Assembly: GCA_963754925.1 (NCBI GenBank)
Contig: CAVWHX010000004.1
Location: forward strand, 1,120,001 to 1,184,000
Length of the DNA stretch: 64,000 nucleotides
From: an uncultured delta proteobacterium
GTDB taxonomy: Bacteria > Myxococcota > B64-G9
Direction: 5' to 3'
A model generated the notes under the pieces. That model was not told where the DNA came from, searched no databases, and was given only the letters and a program-made list of their open reading frames with translations. How positions within the stretch are numbered: the stretch's first letter is position 1; every line of letters begins with the position of its first letter. Of the stretch, positions 49,013 through 60,554 are shown in pieces. A program made the translations under genes and the position numbers.

Positions 49013-50045
49013 ATGCGCGCATGGCTACTCCACAAACCGGCTCCGATCGAAACTAACCCGCTGGTATTGAGCGAGGTGCCCGATCCGAAGCCCGGACCGG
49101 GCGAGGTGCTCCTGCGCGTGCATGCATGCGCTATCTGTCGCACCAATGTGCACGTGGTCGAAGGGGACCTGCAGCAACGCGTAAGCTCCATCACTCCCGG
49201 CCACCAGGTCATCGGGGAGGTGACGGCCATTGGCGCGGGTGTGACCCTGAGTACCGGTGAGCGCCGGGGGGGTGGCGTGGCTGCAGCAGACCTGTCACAC
49301 CTGTCGTTTTTGTCGTACCGGACGTGAGAATCTCTGCGATGATCCTGCCTTGACCGGTTGGACGCGGCCCGGCGGCTTTGCCGAATATATTGTGGCGCCG
49401 GCCGAGGCTGCGTATCCGATCCCGGTTGGTTTTCCGGATCTTCAAGCCGCGCCGCTCCTGTGCGCCGGTATCATTGGGTATCGCGCGCTGTGCCACACCG
49501 GTCTCGGCTATCCGTCCGATTGCAGGGGAGCGCGTCTGGGCCTGTATGGCTTTGGCGCAGCCGGGCATGTGGTGATTCAACTGGCGCTCGCTCGCGGCAT
49601 GGAGGTCTTTGTCATGACCCGGGATATCGAACGCCACCAGAGGCTGGCGGCCGAGCTCGGCGCACGCTGGGTTGGGCGTCCGACGGACCAGCCGCCGCAG
49701 CGACTCGATGCGGCGATTATCTTTGCTCCGGCCGGCGAGCTTGTGGCGCCTGCCGTGCGAGCGCTTGACAAAGGCGGAACGCTGGTGCTGGGCGGGATTC
49801 ACATGAGCCCGTTGCCGCCGCTCGAGTACCGCTGGCTCTACGAAGAGCGGGTGATTCGCTCGGTGACCAACAACACCTGGCAGGACGGGCACGCCCTGCT
49901 GCAGGAGGCGGCCCGCATTCCTATTAGGACTTCTATCCAGACATTTCCGTTTGAGGACGCCAATCAGGCGCTTGCTGCCCTTCGGTACGACGCTATTCGG
50001 GGGGCGGGAGTTCTCTTAGGGCCTGAGTTCTCAGAGATGACTTAG
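49013..50045 (+). CDS. zinc-dependent alcohol dehydrogenase family protein, frameshifted in the G-run near 49266
   Basis: [17 protein letters not shown]...[20 protein letters not shown]. Confidence 0.88.
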
Positions 50046-53000
50046 ATGCTGTCGGCGCTATCAACCATAGGCGGCTGACTATCGGGTTTGGACGTCAACA
50101 CCACTGATCCGGTACGGTCGAGCTTGCGCCAGCTATGGCGCCGGCCGCGTATCGCCGCGACCATGGCTTTGAGGCCGACATAGTACATAATCTGACGGTA
50201 GCTGAAACGCTGCACGATAAGTAACAGCAGCCATTTGAGGGGCTTTTTGTCAAGGGTGAATGCCAACAAAGAACCGCAAACATCCATCGCCAGGAATGCC
50301 ACGTACCCGCTTAAGAAAGCCGACCAGTCGCCGCTGAGGATAGCGAGCGCCATCAATACGTCCCCTAACGGGCTCAAGGTCGGAAACAGGATCTGGAAAC
50401 AAAACCATATTGGGGAGGCCGATCCAACCGAGTGGGCCGTGGAAGAACGCTTTGCGATGTTTCCAGAGGCACTGGTAGGTACCGAAGGTCCAGCGGAAGC
50501 GCTGCCGCAGCAACGCCGCGAGGTTTTCAGGCGCTTCGGTGCGTCCCGAAGCCTCGGGTTCGTACACCACCTGCCCGCCTCGACGGAGGATGGTAAGCGT
50601 CAGATCCGCATCCTCGGTCAAGGTGTCGGGACTGTAACCGCCCGCGGCCAGCACTGCTTCCCGCCGCCATGCGCCCAACGCCCCGGGAACGACCGAGATG
50701 CAGTTGAGGGCAGAAAAGGCGCGCCGGTCGAAGTTTTGGCTGGTGACGTACTCGATGGCTTGGAACGTTGTCAGAAAGCCTTTGATATTGCCGACCTCAA
50801 CATTGCCGCACACGGCGGTGATCTTCGGATCGTAGAAGTGGCGCACCAGTTTTGGGATCGAACCGGGCGGAATAATGGTGTCGGCGTCGACCGCGACAAT
50901 GATTTCTCCATGCGCCTCGCGCAGGCCGTGGTTAGCCGCCGCGGCCTTGCCGGCGTTGGCTTGTCGTACCAACCGCACCCGGGGCGTCTCAGCGGCGAGC
51001 GCCGTCACTATCGCTGCCGTGCGGTCTTTCGATCCATCATCGACAACCAGCACCTCCAGATTGGCGTACTCGCTTTCGAGCAGGGAATGGATGGTGTTGG
51101 CGATCACTTTTTCTTCGTTGTAGGCTGGCACCAACACCGTCACGAGCGGTTGATAATCATGCGGAGGATCCGGTTCCTGGCGGCGCAGGTCCTTGATGGC
51201 GAGCGAGCCGAGGAACAAAATGCGTAAAATGGCTAACACCGTGCAGACAAAAAACAGACCGGTTAACAACACCCAGCCCCAGGAGCGTATGAAGGCCAAC
51301 GCGGCATTTCCCACCGAGATTATTCGCTCGGCGGTGGGAAGCGGCTGTTCCAGCTCCTCTCGCGGTATATTGAGAAACCGGTCCAGCGATACAAATTCGT
51401 AACCGCGCTTACGCAGCTCCACCACCACCCGTTTGACGGCTTCCACGGTTTGGGAGCGGTCCCCGCCGCCGTCGTGAAACACCAGGATCTGGCCCTCCCC
51501 GTTTAACACTTCATTGACCACGGTCGCGGTAATCTTTTCGACACCCGGCAACGTCCAATCTTGTGAAACAACGTCGGATCCTACCACGAGATAGCCGTCC
51601 TCCAACGCGACTTGCAGTGGCGGGAACGCTTTCTCATCAATGTTTTCAACTTCGGCGTTATACGGTTCTCGAAACAGCGGTGTGCGCAACCCGGTGAGGC
51701 CCCCGATGAGCCGCTGGTTGGTGTTGAGCTCAATCTCGGTCTCACGCGGAGTGAGATTTTCTAGGTGCGGGTGGGAAAAGGTGTGATTACCGATCAGGTG
51801 TCCGTCGGCAACGATGCGGTCAACGACGTCGGGGTAACGCATGATCTGTTGGCCGACCAAAAAGAATACCGCAGGCACCTTGAGCTCTTTCAGAGCGTCG
51901 AGAATCTCCGGGGTATACGGTTCAGACGGACCGTCGTCGAAGGTTAGCACGAGCTGGCCTTTGGCCCCACCCCGGCGCTCAACTAAGTACCCGGTCGGAA
52001 CCCGCAGGTACGACGCCCGCAAAATCCGACCTGACGGGTCGACCACCATCGTGCGGACACCGGACTGCGGTTCGCCGCGCACGCTCAGTACCTCGCCATT
52101 GCCATAGAACTCAACCGACTTTTTGCCAGGCGGTACCTTAATCAACTTATCCGGACGTTCAGGCAGGTTATCGAAACCGAAAAAAGTCCATAAGGTCTGG
52201 TCTTCAGTGCCCAGCCGCCATAGTGCCATGCGGGTAATTTTGTTCTCGTTCAGTATATGCACTTGGTTCCAAATCGTCAGCGCGTCCTGAAACCACACAT
52301 CGTGCGTCGCACCGGCCGCATCTTTATAAGCGAAATGGCTGTTTTCGAGGCTCTCTTCAAAAATCGGAAGAGCCCCGCTCGCTCCTGCCAATTGGGTCAC
52401 ATCCCGGAAGGGGATTCCCTGGCCGGGGCGATCCCGTGGATCGGTCTGCCAGTCGTAACCGTAGGCCCCTAACGCCACCACCATGCGATCCGCCGGAATG
52501 CGCTGCTTCATCTCGGTGACCGCGTCTATAAACCAGGAGCGCGAGGCGATCGGGCCGGGTTGCGACGCGGGATAGTGCTCGTCATAGGCCATGACGATGA
52601 CTGCGTCGGAGATACTGCCGATGTACTCGATGTCGTAGGCTGGATCAAAAAGCGGCACGCTCACGGTTAAGCGCATCTGATTGGCGTGCAAGGCAGCGCG
52701 CATGTCGACCAAGAACTCAAGCAGAGGCTCGGAATCCTCGGGAGCGAGTTCCTCAATGTCAATGTTGACGCCATCGGCGTCGAGTTCGGAAAGACGTGCG
52801 ACGACCTTCTTCACCACGCATTCACGGGTTTTTTCGTTGCTGAGCAGTTGACCTGCCTCGGTACCGCGCCAACGATAACCAGATAAATTTGCAAGCCTGG
52901 GTAAAACGATCACATTGTTGGACCGGCGCAACACACGTCTGACCGGATTCTCCTCGAGTTGGCTGGTAGAATCGGTGATGTGCTGTTCGCTGTGGTCGAT

Positions 53001-53441
53001 CAGCTCGCAACCTGGCCCCGGAATCTCCAACCAGGTGGGGACAACCGCGTCGATTTGCGCGATGTGACGCTCAAGTGAACCCACCGCCGCCGTATCGTCA
53101 GCGACGAGGAAGGCCACCACAGCCCCCTCAGGCAGCGGCATGGCACCGGTCGTGGCGCCGCGAACTAATCGCTCACGCCGTCGTTTTTCCTGGGCGCGAA
53201 TGTGGGCCATGCGCTCAATCTGGGCCTTGGTGTAAACCGGACGAACGTACTTGCTGATCTTGTCATGCACTTCGGTGGCGGAAAACAAAAAGCGCTTCTC
53301 GAACGGCTGCGGAACCGAAGGGGAAACCAACATGCCGGTCACTAACAGTGCTAATGATACGAGCGCGGCTAAGGCTAAAAACGAGAAAATAACCAACGCC
53401 CGGCGCCACCGACGGCGTGAGGCGTCTTCGAAAATCATCAC
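50042..53441 (-). CDS. GH18 + polysaccharide deacetylase + GT2 (PgaC/IcaA-like) fusion, frameshifted near 50396
   Basis: [47 protein letters not shown]-terminus in ORF 50042-50377. Confidence 0.9.
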
Positions 53442-53701
53442 TACACCTCAAGTCCCCCATGGGGTCTTTTGGGGACCCATGAGCCACTACCTATCCTCGG
53501 CATGAATTTACGGTATTTTTGTCCGATGTTCAAGTAAGATACGGACACGTTGGATTAACCATTCGGATCAACGGAGAGATAGCCAAGAAGGAGAAAGCGG
53601 TGAGCGTATTGCCGATACGAAAGTTGCTGATTGCCCTCCGATACCTGGTGATTGGGGTGGCACATCCATGCTATGGTGAACCATCACGGAGCGTATGACT
53701 C

Positions 53702-54964
53702 ATGGATATTCGACAGGATGTGCTGAATCGATTTTTACGGTATGTGCGGATTGACACCCAATCCCAAGAGGGAGTTGAGGATCGGTATCCCTCCACCGAC
53801 AAACAATTAGTCCTCGCCCGGTTGCTTTTTGACGAACTCAAGGAGATTGGATTAGAGGAGGTCAAACTCGATTCATTCGGCATCGTGAGCGCGACCCTGC
53901 CGGCCGCTACCCCGCCCGGCGTCAAGACCGCAACGAAGATGCCAACCATCGGGTTGCTTGCCCACCTCGATACCTATCCGGGGTTGAGCGGCTCGGGGGT
54001 CAAGCCGATCGTCCACCAGTCGTATCAAGGCGGGGATATCAGGCTGCCGAGTGACGGAAATCTTGTCCTCAGTCCTCGCGACAACCCCGAGCTGATGCAG
54101 TTCGTCGGTGACGACATCGTCACGTCGGATGGATCCACCCTCTTGGGCGCCGATGACAAGGCCGGTGTTGCCGAGATTGTGGCCTTCATGAAGTTACTGA
54201 AGTCGGATCGCAGCATCCCCCATCCGCGCATCCGCGTCGGGTTCACCCCCGATGAAGAGGTTGGCAACGGCACTGCGCACTTTGACGTCAAAGCCTTTGG
54301 AGCCGACGTGGCGTACACCCAGGACGGCAGCGGCGTGGCCGAGATCGAGGACGAGACCTTTTGCGCCGACTCGGTCACGGTTTCTATCCGCGGCGCCGAT
54401 ATGCATCCTGGCTACGCCAAGGGTAAGATGATCAACGCCGTCTCGTTTGCCGCCGCGTTTGCCTCGCGTTTGCCGAAAGACCAATCCCCGGAGGCTACGA
54501 CGGGACGGGACGGGTACCTCCACGGCTATCAGATCCACGGCACCGTCAGTGATGCGCACCTTGCAATATTGGTGCGCGATTTTTCTCTTGAGGGGCTCAA
54601 GCGTCTGGAAGAGAAGCTCTTTGCCATCCGCGATGACCTACAACGACTTGAGCCGCGCGTTTCAATCAACGTGGACGTCAAGGAGTCTTACCGAAACATG
54701 AAATTCATGTTAGACAAGGTGCCGCTCGTGGTCGATTATGCGTGCGAGGCGGTGTCCGCGGTCGGATTGACCGCCCAGCGCAAGGCCATTCGCGGCGGGA
54801 CCGACGGGGCGCGATTGTCGTTTATGGACCTCCCAACGCCGAACCTCTCGGCTGGCGGCTATAACTTTCACTCGCGCCTTGAGTGGGTTCCGGTCGGGGG
54901 AATGGTCAAGGCCGTCGAAGTGTTGCGGGCGTTGATGAGAATTTACGTGGAGCGAGGAATATGA
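53702..54964 (+). CDS. pepT: peptidase T (M20B tripeptidase)
   Basis: RFLRYVRIDTQS, AHLDT, LLGADDKAG, FTPDEEVG, HPGYAKG, IRGGTDGA, NFHS. Confidence 0.96.
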   Translation: MDIRQDVLNRFLRYVRIDTQSQEGVEDRYPSTDKQLVLARLLFDELKEIGLEEVKLDSFGIVSATLPAATPPGVKTATKMPTIGLLAHLDTYPGLSGSGVKPIVHQSYQGGDIRLPSDGNLVLSPRDNPELMQFVGDDIVTSDGSTLLGADDKAGVAEIVAFMKLLKSDRSIPHPRIRVGFTPDEEVGNGTAHFDVKAFGADVAYTQDGSGVAEIEDETFCADSVTVSIRGADMHPGYAKGKMINAVSFAAAFASRLPKDQSPEATTGRDGYLHGYQIHGTVSDAHLAILVRDFSLEGLKRLEEKLFAIRDDLQRLEPRVSINVDVKESYRNMKFMLDKVPLVVDYACEAVSAVGLTAQRKAIRGGTDGARLSFMDLPTPNLSAGGYNFHSRLEWVPVGGMVKAVEVLRALMRIYVERGI

Positions 54965-56807
54965 TGGATGGTAAACGTGGAAGCATCGATGATTTTCTGG
55001 CCGCCGTACTTCGGGGAGCGGCCAAGATCATCGGCTGCAACTCCACTAACCTCATTGTGATCAATGAGAAGACGGGCGATATCCGGGTCCGGGTGGTTAC
55101 CCCGGCGATGAGCTACCCTATTCTGGCGCAACTCGAGGGCATTCTCGGCGCAAGTTTTACCGGCATTTCGATTCCGATTCAGAAGGCGCGCAATAGCCTC
55201 GTGGTGCGCGCGTGGCGAGAGAACGGAATTTACCAAACGAGCTCCTTGGGTGAAATGTTGGGCGACACGCTCCCCGAAGAGATGATTGGATCGATCGAGC
55301 GGCTGATCGGCGAGCACCGCTTCATCATCGTGCCGGCCCTCTCAAATAGGCGCAGCTACGGCGTGTTGTTGCTTGAAAAAGAAGGCACGCAGCCTTTTAG
55401 CCTTCAGCAGCGCGAGCTCTCACTGCGCTATGCCCGGCGTATCGGGGAAATAATCGAAAATGATCTGATGGGCCAAGGCCACCTGGCTATCGCCATGCCG
55501 CCATCCGAAAATATTGGGTTGGTGCTGTTCGATAGCAACGGCGGGATACTTGGCCACTCGATGGGTTCGGCCGCTGCAGACGCCATACCGCCTGACTTGG
55601 TTAAGCGGGCGGTGGCGTTTCTTTCCGACACCGGTCTGCAAACACCTGCCTCGGGTGAAATGTCCATACGGGGAGAACGTAGTGCGCGGTTGTTTCGATT
55701 CGATCTCAACGGCCAGCCAACCGCGCTCTGTCAAATACAGCCTCAATCTCATACGGACTCGCTTGAAAATCAGCTGCTACAACTCGCATTGGGCGCTGCG
55801 GCGCCGACGGTTTTAGTTGACCCCTCGTTTCTCATTACCTCATGCAATGCGGCTGCCGAGAACTTCTCGGCTACCCGGCGAACGAAATTGTCGGCCGACC
55901 GATCGACATTCTGTTTCGCAGTCCGGCCCAGATCCACGAGATTCTCAACCGGCAGTTGCTCGCCTCGGGCAACCCCCGGCTGGAAGAGCACGTGGTCATT
56001 CGCCGCCAAGACCAGTCGATCGCCGAGGCGCGGGTGGAAACGATGCTGCTGGCCGATGACCGCGGGCAGGTGGTTGGATTTTTAGTGCTCATCCACGCGT
56101 TCCTGGATACGCGCACCGCCACCCTCGAGCATGTGGTGCAGCAAGAACGTATGGCGACCATGGGCGAAATGGCGGCCCAATTAGCCCACGAGATGCGCAA
56201 CCCGCTCCTGGCGGTTGGCGCCAGCCTCGACTCCCTCTGCCGCGAAACGGGAGCCTCCCCACTTCGCGAACGGCTCAGAAGCCTTGGTCGCGAGATTACT
56301 CGGTTGGACATGATTTTGAAAAAGTATTTAGCCGCCCGTCAAGAGCATCCCTTTGCCGAAGTGCGGCTACACGAGGTGCTCGACGACGCACGGCTGCTTC
56401 TCGATGCGGCGTATAACAAGGCTGGCAAAAAAATAGTGGTGGATGTTGACCCGGCAGTGAGCGTTCTCGGCGACTATGAATCACTCAAACATTTAGTCTT
56501 CAATCTCATACTCAATGCCTTGGAGGCATCGCCGCCCAACAGTGCGGTGACCTGTCACGTTCAGGAGACTGACCGGGATGTAACCATGCTGTTTGACGAT
56601 CACGGTTCCGGCCTGACGGCGCCCGCCGAGGAATGTTTCAGACCGTTTTTTACCACGAAAAAGAACGGCACGGGGTTAGGCCTTGCCGTTTGTCAGAAGA
56701 TCGCCGCGGCCCATGGAGGGTTAGTCGATCTCCGCAATCGTGAGGGAGGTGGTTGCCAAGCGGTTGTGGTATTGCCGCGACGTCTCGATAAGGAAGCGAG
56801 CGTATGA
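54961..56807 (+). CDS. GAF/PAS sensor histidine kinase, frameshifted near 55860
   Basis: PAS (CNAAAE/LLGY), LAHEMRNPL H-box, NLILNA, PFFTTK...GTGLGL. Confidence 0.88.
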
Positions 56808-58192
56808 GCCAGGATTTTCACGTTTTAATAGTGGATGATGAAGAACTGTATGCCCAGGCGATAGCCAGCGAGCTTACGCGGCTCGGGATAACCAGTGATC
56901 TTGCGAGCAATGGTCATGAAGCCCTGTCGCGGACGGAAAGCGGACGTTACCATTTGATTTTGCTCGACCACCGTTTGCCGGACGAGGATGGGTTGCGGCT
57001 TATTCCACTGCTGCTCGCGCGACAACCCAAAGCCGCCTTGGTGATGATGACCGCGTACCACGCTATCCCCGACGCCGTCACGGCCATACGCCAGGGGGCG
57101 GATGACTACCTGGTCAAGGAATTTAGCCTCAAGCCGCTGGTCGATCGCGTGGTGGCCGTACGCCGCCGCGAAGAACTGTTCCGCGAGCACAACAACAAGT
57201 CCGAGCCGGCCGCAGAAGGATTAATCGGGACCTCGGCGGGCATGCTGAAGGTGATCGAAGAGCTCCAGCGCATCGCTCGCAGCCCCGACACCACCGTACT
57301 GCTCACCGGCGAAACCGGCGTCGGGAAGGGTGTCGCCGCACGCTACCTGCATCGGATTTCGCGAGCGGAACGCGGCCCCTTGGTAACCGTCGATTGTGTC
57401 TCGCTGCCGGCCAATTTGGCGGAGAGCCTTTTGTTTGGCCATGAGAAAGGGGCTTTTACCGGCGCCGATCAGGTTCGCCTCGGCGCGTTTGAGGAGGCCG
57501 GCGAAGGCAGTCTGCTGCTCGATGAGATCGGCGACATGGGCGACGTCCAGGGTAAGTTGTTACGGGTGCTCGAAAGCCGCTGTTTTGTGCGCGTTGGCTC
57601 GATCAAGGAACTGCCATTGAAAGCCCGCGTCATCGCCTCCACCAACCAGGACCTCAAGGAGTTGGTCAAAATTGGCCGCTTTCGTCACGATTTGTATCAG
57701 CGCTTGTGCGTCTTTCCCATTCACCTCCCGGCGCTGCTCGAGCGGGGAAAAGATGTTTTGCTGTTGGCCGAGCATTTCCGCGAATTCTTCGAAAAGAAAC
57801 TCGAGATCGTAGGCCAGCCGCTCTCGGAGGAGGTGCGCGCCCGCCTTCTGGCGTACTCGTATCCGGGGAACGTGCGCGAATTGAAGAATATCATTGAGCG
57901 CGCGGTGATTATGAGCGAGGGCAGCCGGATCGAGCTGCGCCACCTGCCGGAACGAATGTTCCAAACGGAAACCATGCGGGTCTCCAATCCCAGCGCTATC
58001 CCGATTGATTTCACGCCCGGAATTGACACCATGCAAACGGTAGAAAAACGGATGATCCAGGAAGCGCTCGCCCGCGCCGGTCAGATTAAAACCGAGGCCG
58101 CCCGCCTCCTGGGCATCAGTCGCTTCCAACTGCTGCGCCGCATGGAACGACACGGCTTAATTGCCAACGATTCATCCGACGAGAAAGAATAA
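56804..58192 (+). CDS. sigma54-dependent NtrC/AtoC-type response regulator
   Basis: Receiver domain, GETGVGK, GAFTGA, LDEIG, PGNVREL, Fis HTH. Confidence 0.95.
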   Translation: MSQDFHVLIVDDEELYAQAIASELTRLGITSDLASNGHEALSRTESGRYHLILLDHRLPDEDGLRLIPLLLARQPKAALVMMTAYHAIPDAVTAIRQGADDYLVKEFSLKPLVDRVVAVRRREELFREHNNKSEPAAEGLIGTSAGMLKVIEELQRIARSPDTTVLLTGETGVGKGVAARYLHRISRAERGPLVTVDCVSLPANLAESLLFGHEKGAFTGADQVRLGAFEEAGEGSLLLDEIGDMGDVQGKLLRVLESRCFVRVGSIKELPLKARVIASTNQDLKELVKIGRFRHDLYQRLCVFPIHLPALLERGKDVLLLAEHFREFFEKKLEIVGQPLSEEVRARLLAYSYPGNVRELKNIIERAVIMSEGSRIELRHLPERMFQTETMRVSNPSAIPIDFTPGIDTMQTVEKRMIQEALARAGQIKTEAARLLGISRFQLLRRMERHGLIANDSSDEKE

Positions 58193-58212
58193 GTTTCAGG
58201 ACGCGGAAAAGC

Positions 58213-58629
58213 TCACCCAAGACCGAGCGCTTTTTTCAGGAGCTCAAGTTCCTTGAAGTAGGCTTTCTGTTCATACGGTTGATTGAGGATATAGTAATCT
58301 TTTTCGGCAAGCCCGACGCATCCGAAGCAGAACGTACAATCGGTGCAATTCGAGCTATGGATCAGGTAGGAGCACCCGCTGCAGTTTTCGCTCTCAATGC
58401 AATAGGCGCAATGGTTGCAGGACCGGCAATTTTTCGAATGGCTGGTGTGAGAGCATTCTTGGCAGGAAGCGGAGTACGTGCAACGGTAGCAACCCCGGCA
58501 ATCGTTACAAAACATGCACGAAACGCAGTGGCCGCAGCGTTGGCACCCATAGGAGCCGGCATTCGCTGTCGACTCGGTTACCTCTTTCCTCAGTTGATTG
58601 AGCCCTCGAAAGAATTCTTCCTTGTTCAT
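58213..58629 (-). CDS. Cys-rich (CxxC repeat) hypothetical protein
   Basis: AAGGAG RBS before ATG 58629; repeated CxxC; ends CFGCVGL...YYILN. Confidence 0.75.
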   Translation of the reverse strand: MNKEEFFRGLNQLRKEVTESTANAGSYGCQRCGHCVSCMFCNDCRGCYRCTYSASCQECSHTSHSKNCRSCNHCAYCIESENCSGCSYLIHSSNCTDCTFCFGCVGLAEKDYYILNQPYEQKAYFKELELLKKALGLG

Positions 58630-58724
58630 GACGGCTTGCTCCTTGGTTGTCCGCACAGCCCTATTGGAGTTCTGGAGAACTTAACCCTCATTATCGACTA
58701 ATACTTAATCCTGATAAAGAATTC

Positions 58725-58753
58725 TTGACGTTATCGTATATCTACGATATACG
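58725..58753 (+). promoter_or_regulatory. arsR-hgcAB promoter with palindromic operator
   Basis: TTGACG at 58725; TATCGTA-N4-TACGATA perfect inverted repeat at 58732-58749. Confidence 0.7.
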
Positions 58754-58761
58754 AGGAAAGA

Positions 58762-59097
58762 ATGGCTCATCATAAAAAGGAAAAGTTCACGACCGAGCTT
58801 AATCGATTGGCGGAATTGGCAAAAGCGCTCTCACATCCGGCACGTATCGCGATTTTAGCGCAGCTTGCAAAAAGAAACACCTGTATTTGCGGGGAAATTG
58901 TCGATGTTATTCCTCTGGCTCAGTCAACCGTTTCGCAGCATTTGAAAGAGCTCAAAAAGGCCGGGCTCATCAAAGGGGAAATAGACGGGCCCCGGTCGTG
59001 TTATTGCATCAACCTCGAAATTCTCAACGAGCTAAAGGGTAGTTTCATGGATCTCATGGGCGAGCTCTCGGTCGATTGCTGCCCGCCTCAGCGGTAG
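58762..59097 (+). CDS. arsR: ArsR/SmtB family metalloregulator
   Basis: [35 protein letters not shown]-terminal CC. Confidence 0.93.
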   Translation: MAHHKKEKFTTELNRLAELAKALSHPARIAILAQLAKRNTCICGEIVDVIPLAQSTVSQHLKELKKAGLIKGEIDGPRSCYCINLEILNELKGSFMDLMGELSVDCCPPQR

Positions 59098-59106
59098 AGG
59101 AATCCC

Positions 59107-60267
59107 ATGGATCAAACGAACAAAGAAGCCATCCATACCCAACTCAAACTTAATACGGCAAAACCCGGGTGCGGATGCTCTGGTTCGATTGAACGCACAT
59201 CGGTACATCCGAAAAACCTTCCCCACTGGGTTAGCGGCAGCGTTAGCACGAGCGTCGGTACGATCTACCGTATCGCTACCGAATGGAAACGGCCTGAGTA
59301 TTGGGGACACCTCAAATCCCGCACCACGGCTTTTCGGATGCATTACTCGGTGGAACCAGGTCTCTACGCTGTGGGGAACCCGGACAGCGCTTCCAATGTT
59401 TTCGTGAGCGCAAATTATAAATTGAGCTTCGATATCTTGAGACGAGAACTCCATGGAATCAACGCTTGGGTGCTGGTGCTGGATACCAAGGGCATCAATG
59501 TATGGTGTGCGGCGGGCAAAGGCACCTTCGGTACGGATGAGCTTGTCAAGCGCATCATCAAGACTAAGCTCTCGGCGCTTGTGGATCATAAAAGAATCAT
59601 TGTCCCCCAACTCGGCGCTCCGGGAATAGCGGCAGACCGCGTCAAGAGGACAACCGGGTTTCACGTCTATTATGGTCCAATCAGGGCAGCCGATATTCAA
59701 CGCTACTTAAAACAAAAATATCAGGCGACGCCAGAAATGCGAACGGTACGATTTTCTCTAGGGGATAGGCTGATATTGACTCCTATAGAGCTCAATCCAG
59801 CATTTAAAATATTCCCCGTGTTCGCGGTAATTGTTTTATTTCTATTTGGGCTTCAACCTTCCGGAATTATGTTCAGAGACGCATGGAACGGAGGGTTGCC
59901 GATTCTGATCTTTGGAGTTCTCGCCATTATTTCGGGAGCTTTTCTCACGCAATTGTTATTGCCCTACATACCCGTTCGCTCTTTTGCCATCAAGGGATGG
60001 ATGGTGGGAATGGTGGTTATGTTCCTTTCGTCACAATTCATCGGCCTTCTCAACATCCATGGTATTTTTCTTAAGATCTTCTGTTATCTCTTTTTTCCGA
60101 TAGTTTCTTCGTTCCTTGCGTTGAATTTCACCGGCGCCACCACCTTTACCAACCTGTCCGGAGTGAAAAAGGAACTGAGAATCGGGATTCCCGTGTATCT
60201 ATCCATCACCGCGGTAACCATTGTTGCAATGATATTGTATAAAATCAACGAATGGGGTCTCGTATGA
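59107..60267 (+). CDS. hgcA: mercury methylation corrinoid protein HgcA
   Basis: VEPGLYAVG, SANYKLSFD, cap-helix GINVWCAAGKGTF, PQLGAPG, YGPIRA; C-terminal TM helices with NFTGATTFT. Confidence 0.97.
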   Translation: MDQTNKEAIHTQLKLNTAKPGCGCSGSIERTSVHPKNLPHWVSGSVSTSVGTIYRIATEWKRPEYWGHLKSRTTAFRMHYSVEPGLYAVGNPDSASNVFVSANYKLSFDILRRELHGINAWVLVLDTKGINVWCAAGKGTFGTDELVKRIIKTKLSALVDHKRIIVPQLGAPGIAADRVKRTTGFHVYYGPIRAADIQRYLKQKYQATPEMRTVRFSLGDRLILTPIELNPAFKIFPVFAVIVLFLFGLQPSGIMFRDAWNGGLPILIFGVLAIISGAFLTQLLLPYIPVRSFAIKGWMVGMVVMFLSSQFIGLLNIHGIFLKIFCYLFFPIVSSFLALNFTGATTFTNLSGVKKELRIGIPVYLSITAVTIVAMILYKINEWGLV

Positions 60268-60554
60268 TCTACCTTAAAAATGTGTCCACGCTCAAATATA
60301 ACGCCGATCAATGTACCGGATGTGGCCGCTGTACTGAAGTTTGTCCGCATGGTGTCTTTACCCTCGAAGACAAAAAGGCCGTTCTTGGCGATAAAGACAA
60401 ATGTATGGAATGCGGGGCGTGTGCCAAAAACTGCAGTTTTCATGCAATAGAAGTGAATTCCGGCGTGGGTTGCGCCAATGCCGTCATGCGTGGGTTGTTA
60501 ACCGGGGGTGAACCTTCCTGCGATTGTAGTGGACCAGCTTCTTCGTGTTGTTAA
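60264..60554 (+). CDS. hgcB: mercury methylation ferredoxin HgcB
   Basis: Two CxxCxxCxxxC motifs including CMECGAC, GVGCA, terminal CC; ATGA overlap with hgcA. Confidence 0.96.
   Translation: MIYLKNVSTLKYNADQCTGCGRCTEVCPHGVFTLEDKKAVLGDKDKCMECGACAKNCSFHAIEVNSGVGCANAVMRGLLTGGEPSCDCSGPASSCC

Noticed and set aside
50235..51227. 330-aa plus-strand ORF
   Set aside because: Antisense shadow of the GT2 domain in GC-rich DNA
53659..53675. sigma54 promoter before pepT (TGGCACATCCATGC)
   Set aside because: GG-to-GC spacing is 9, not the required 10
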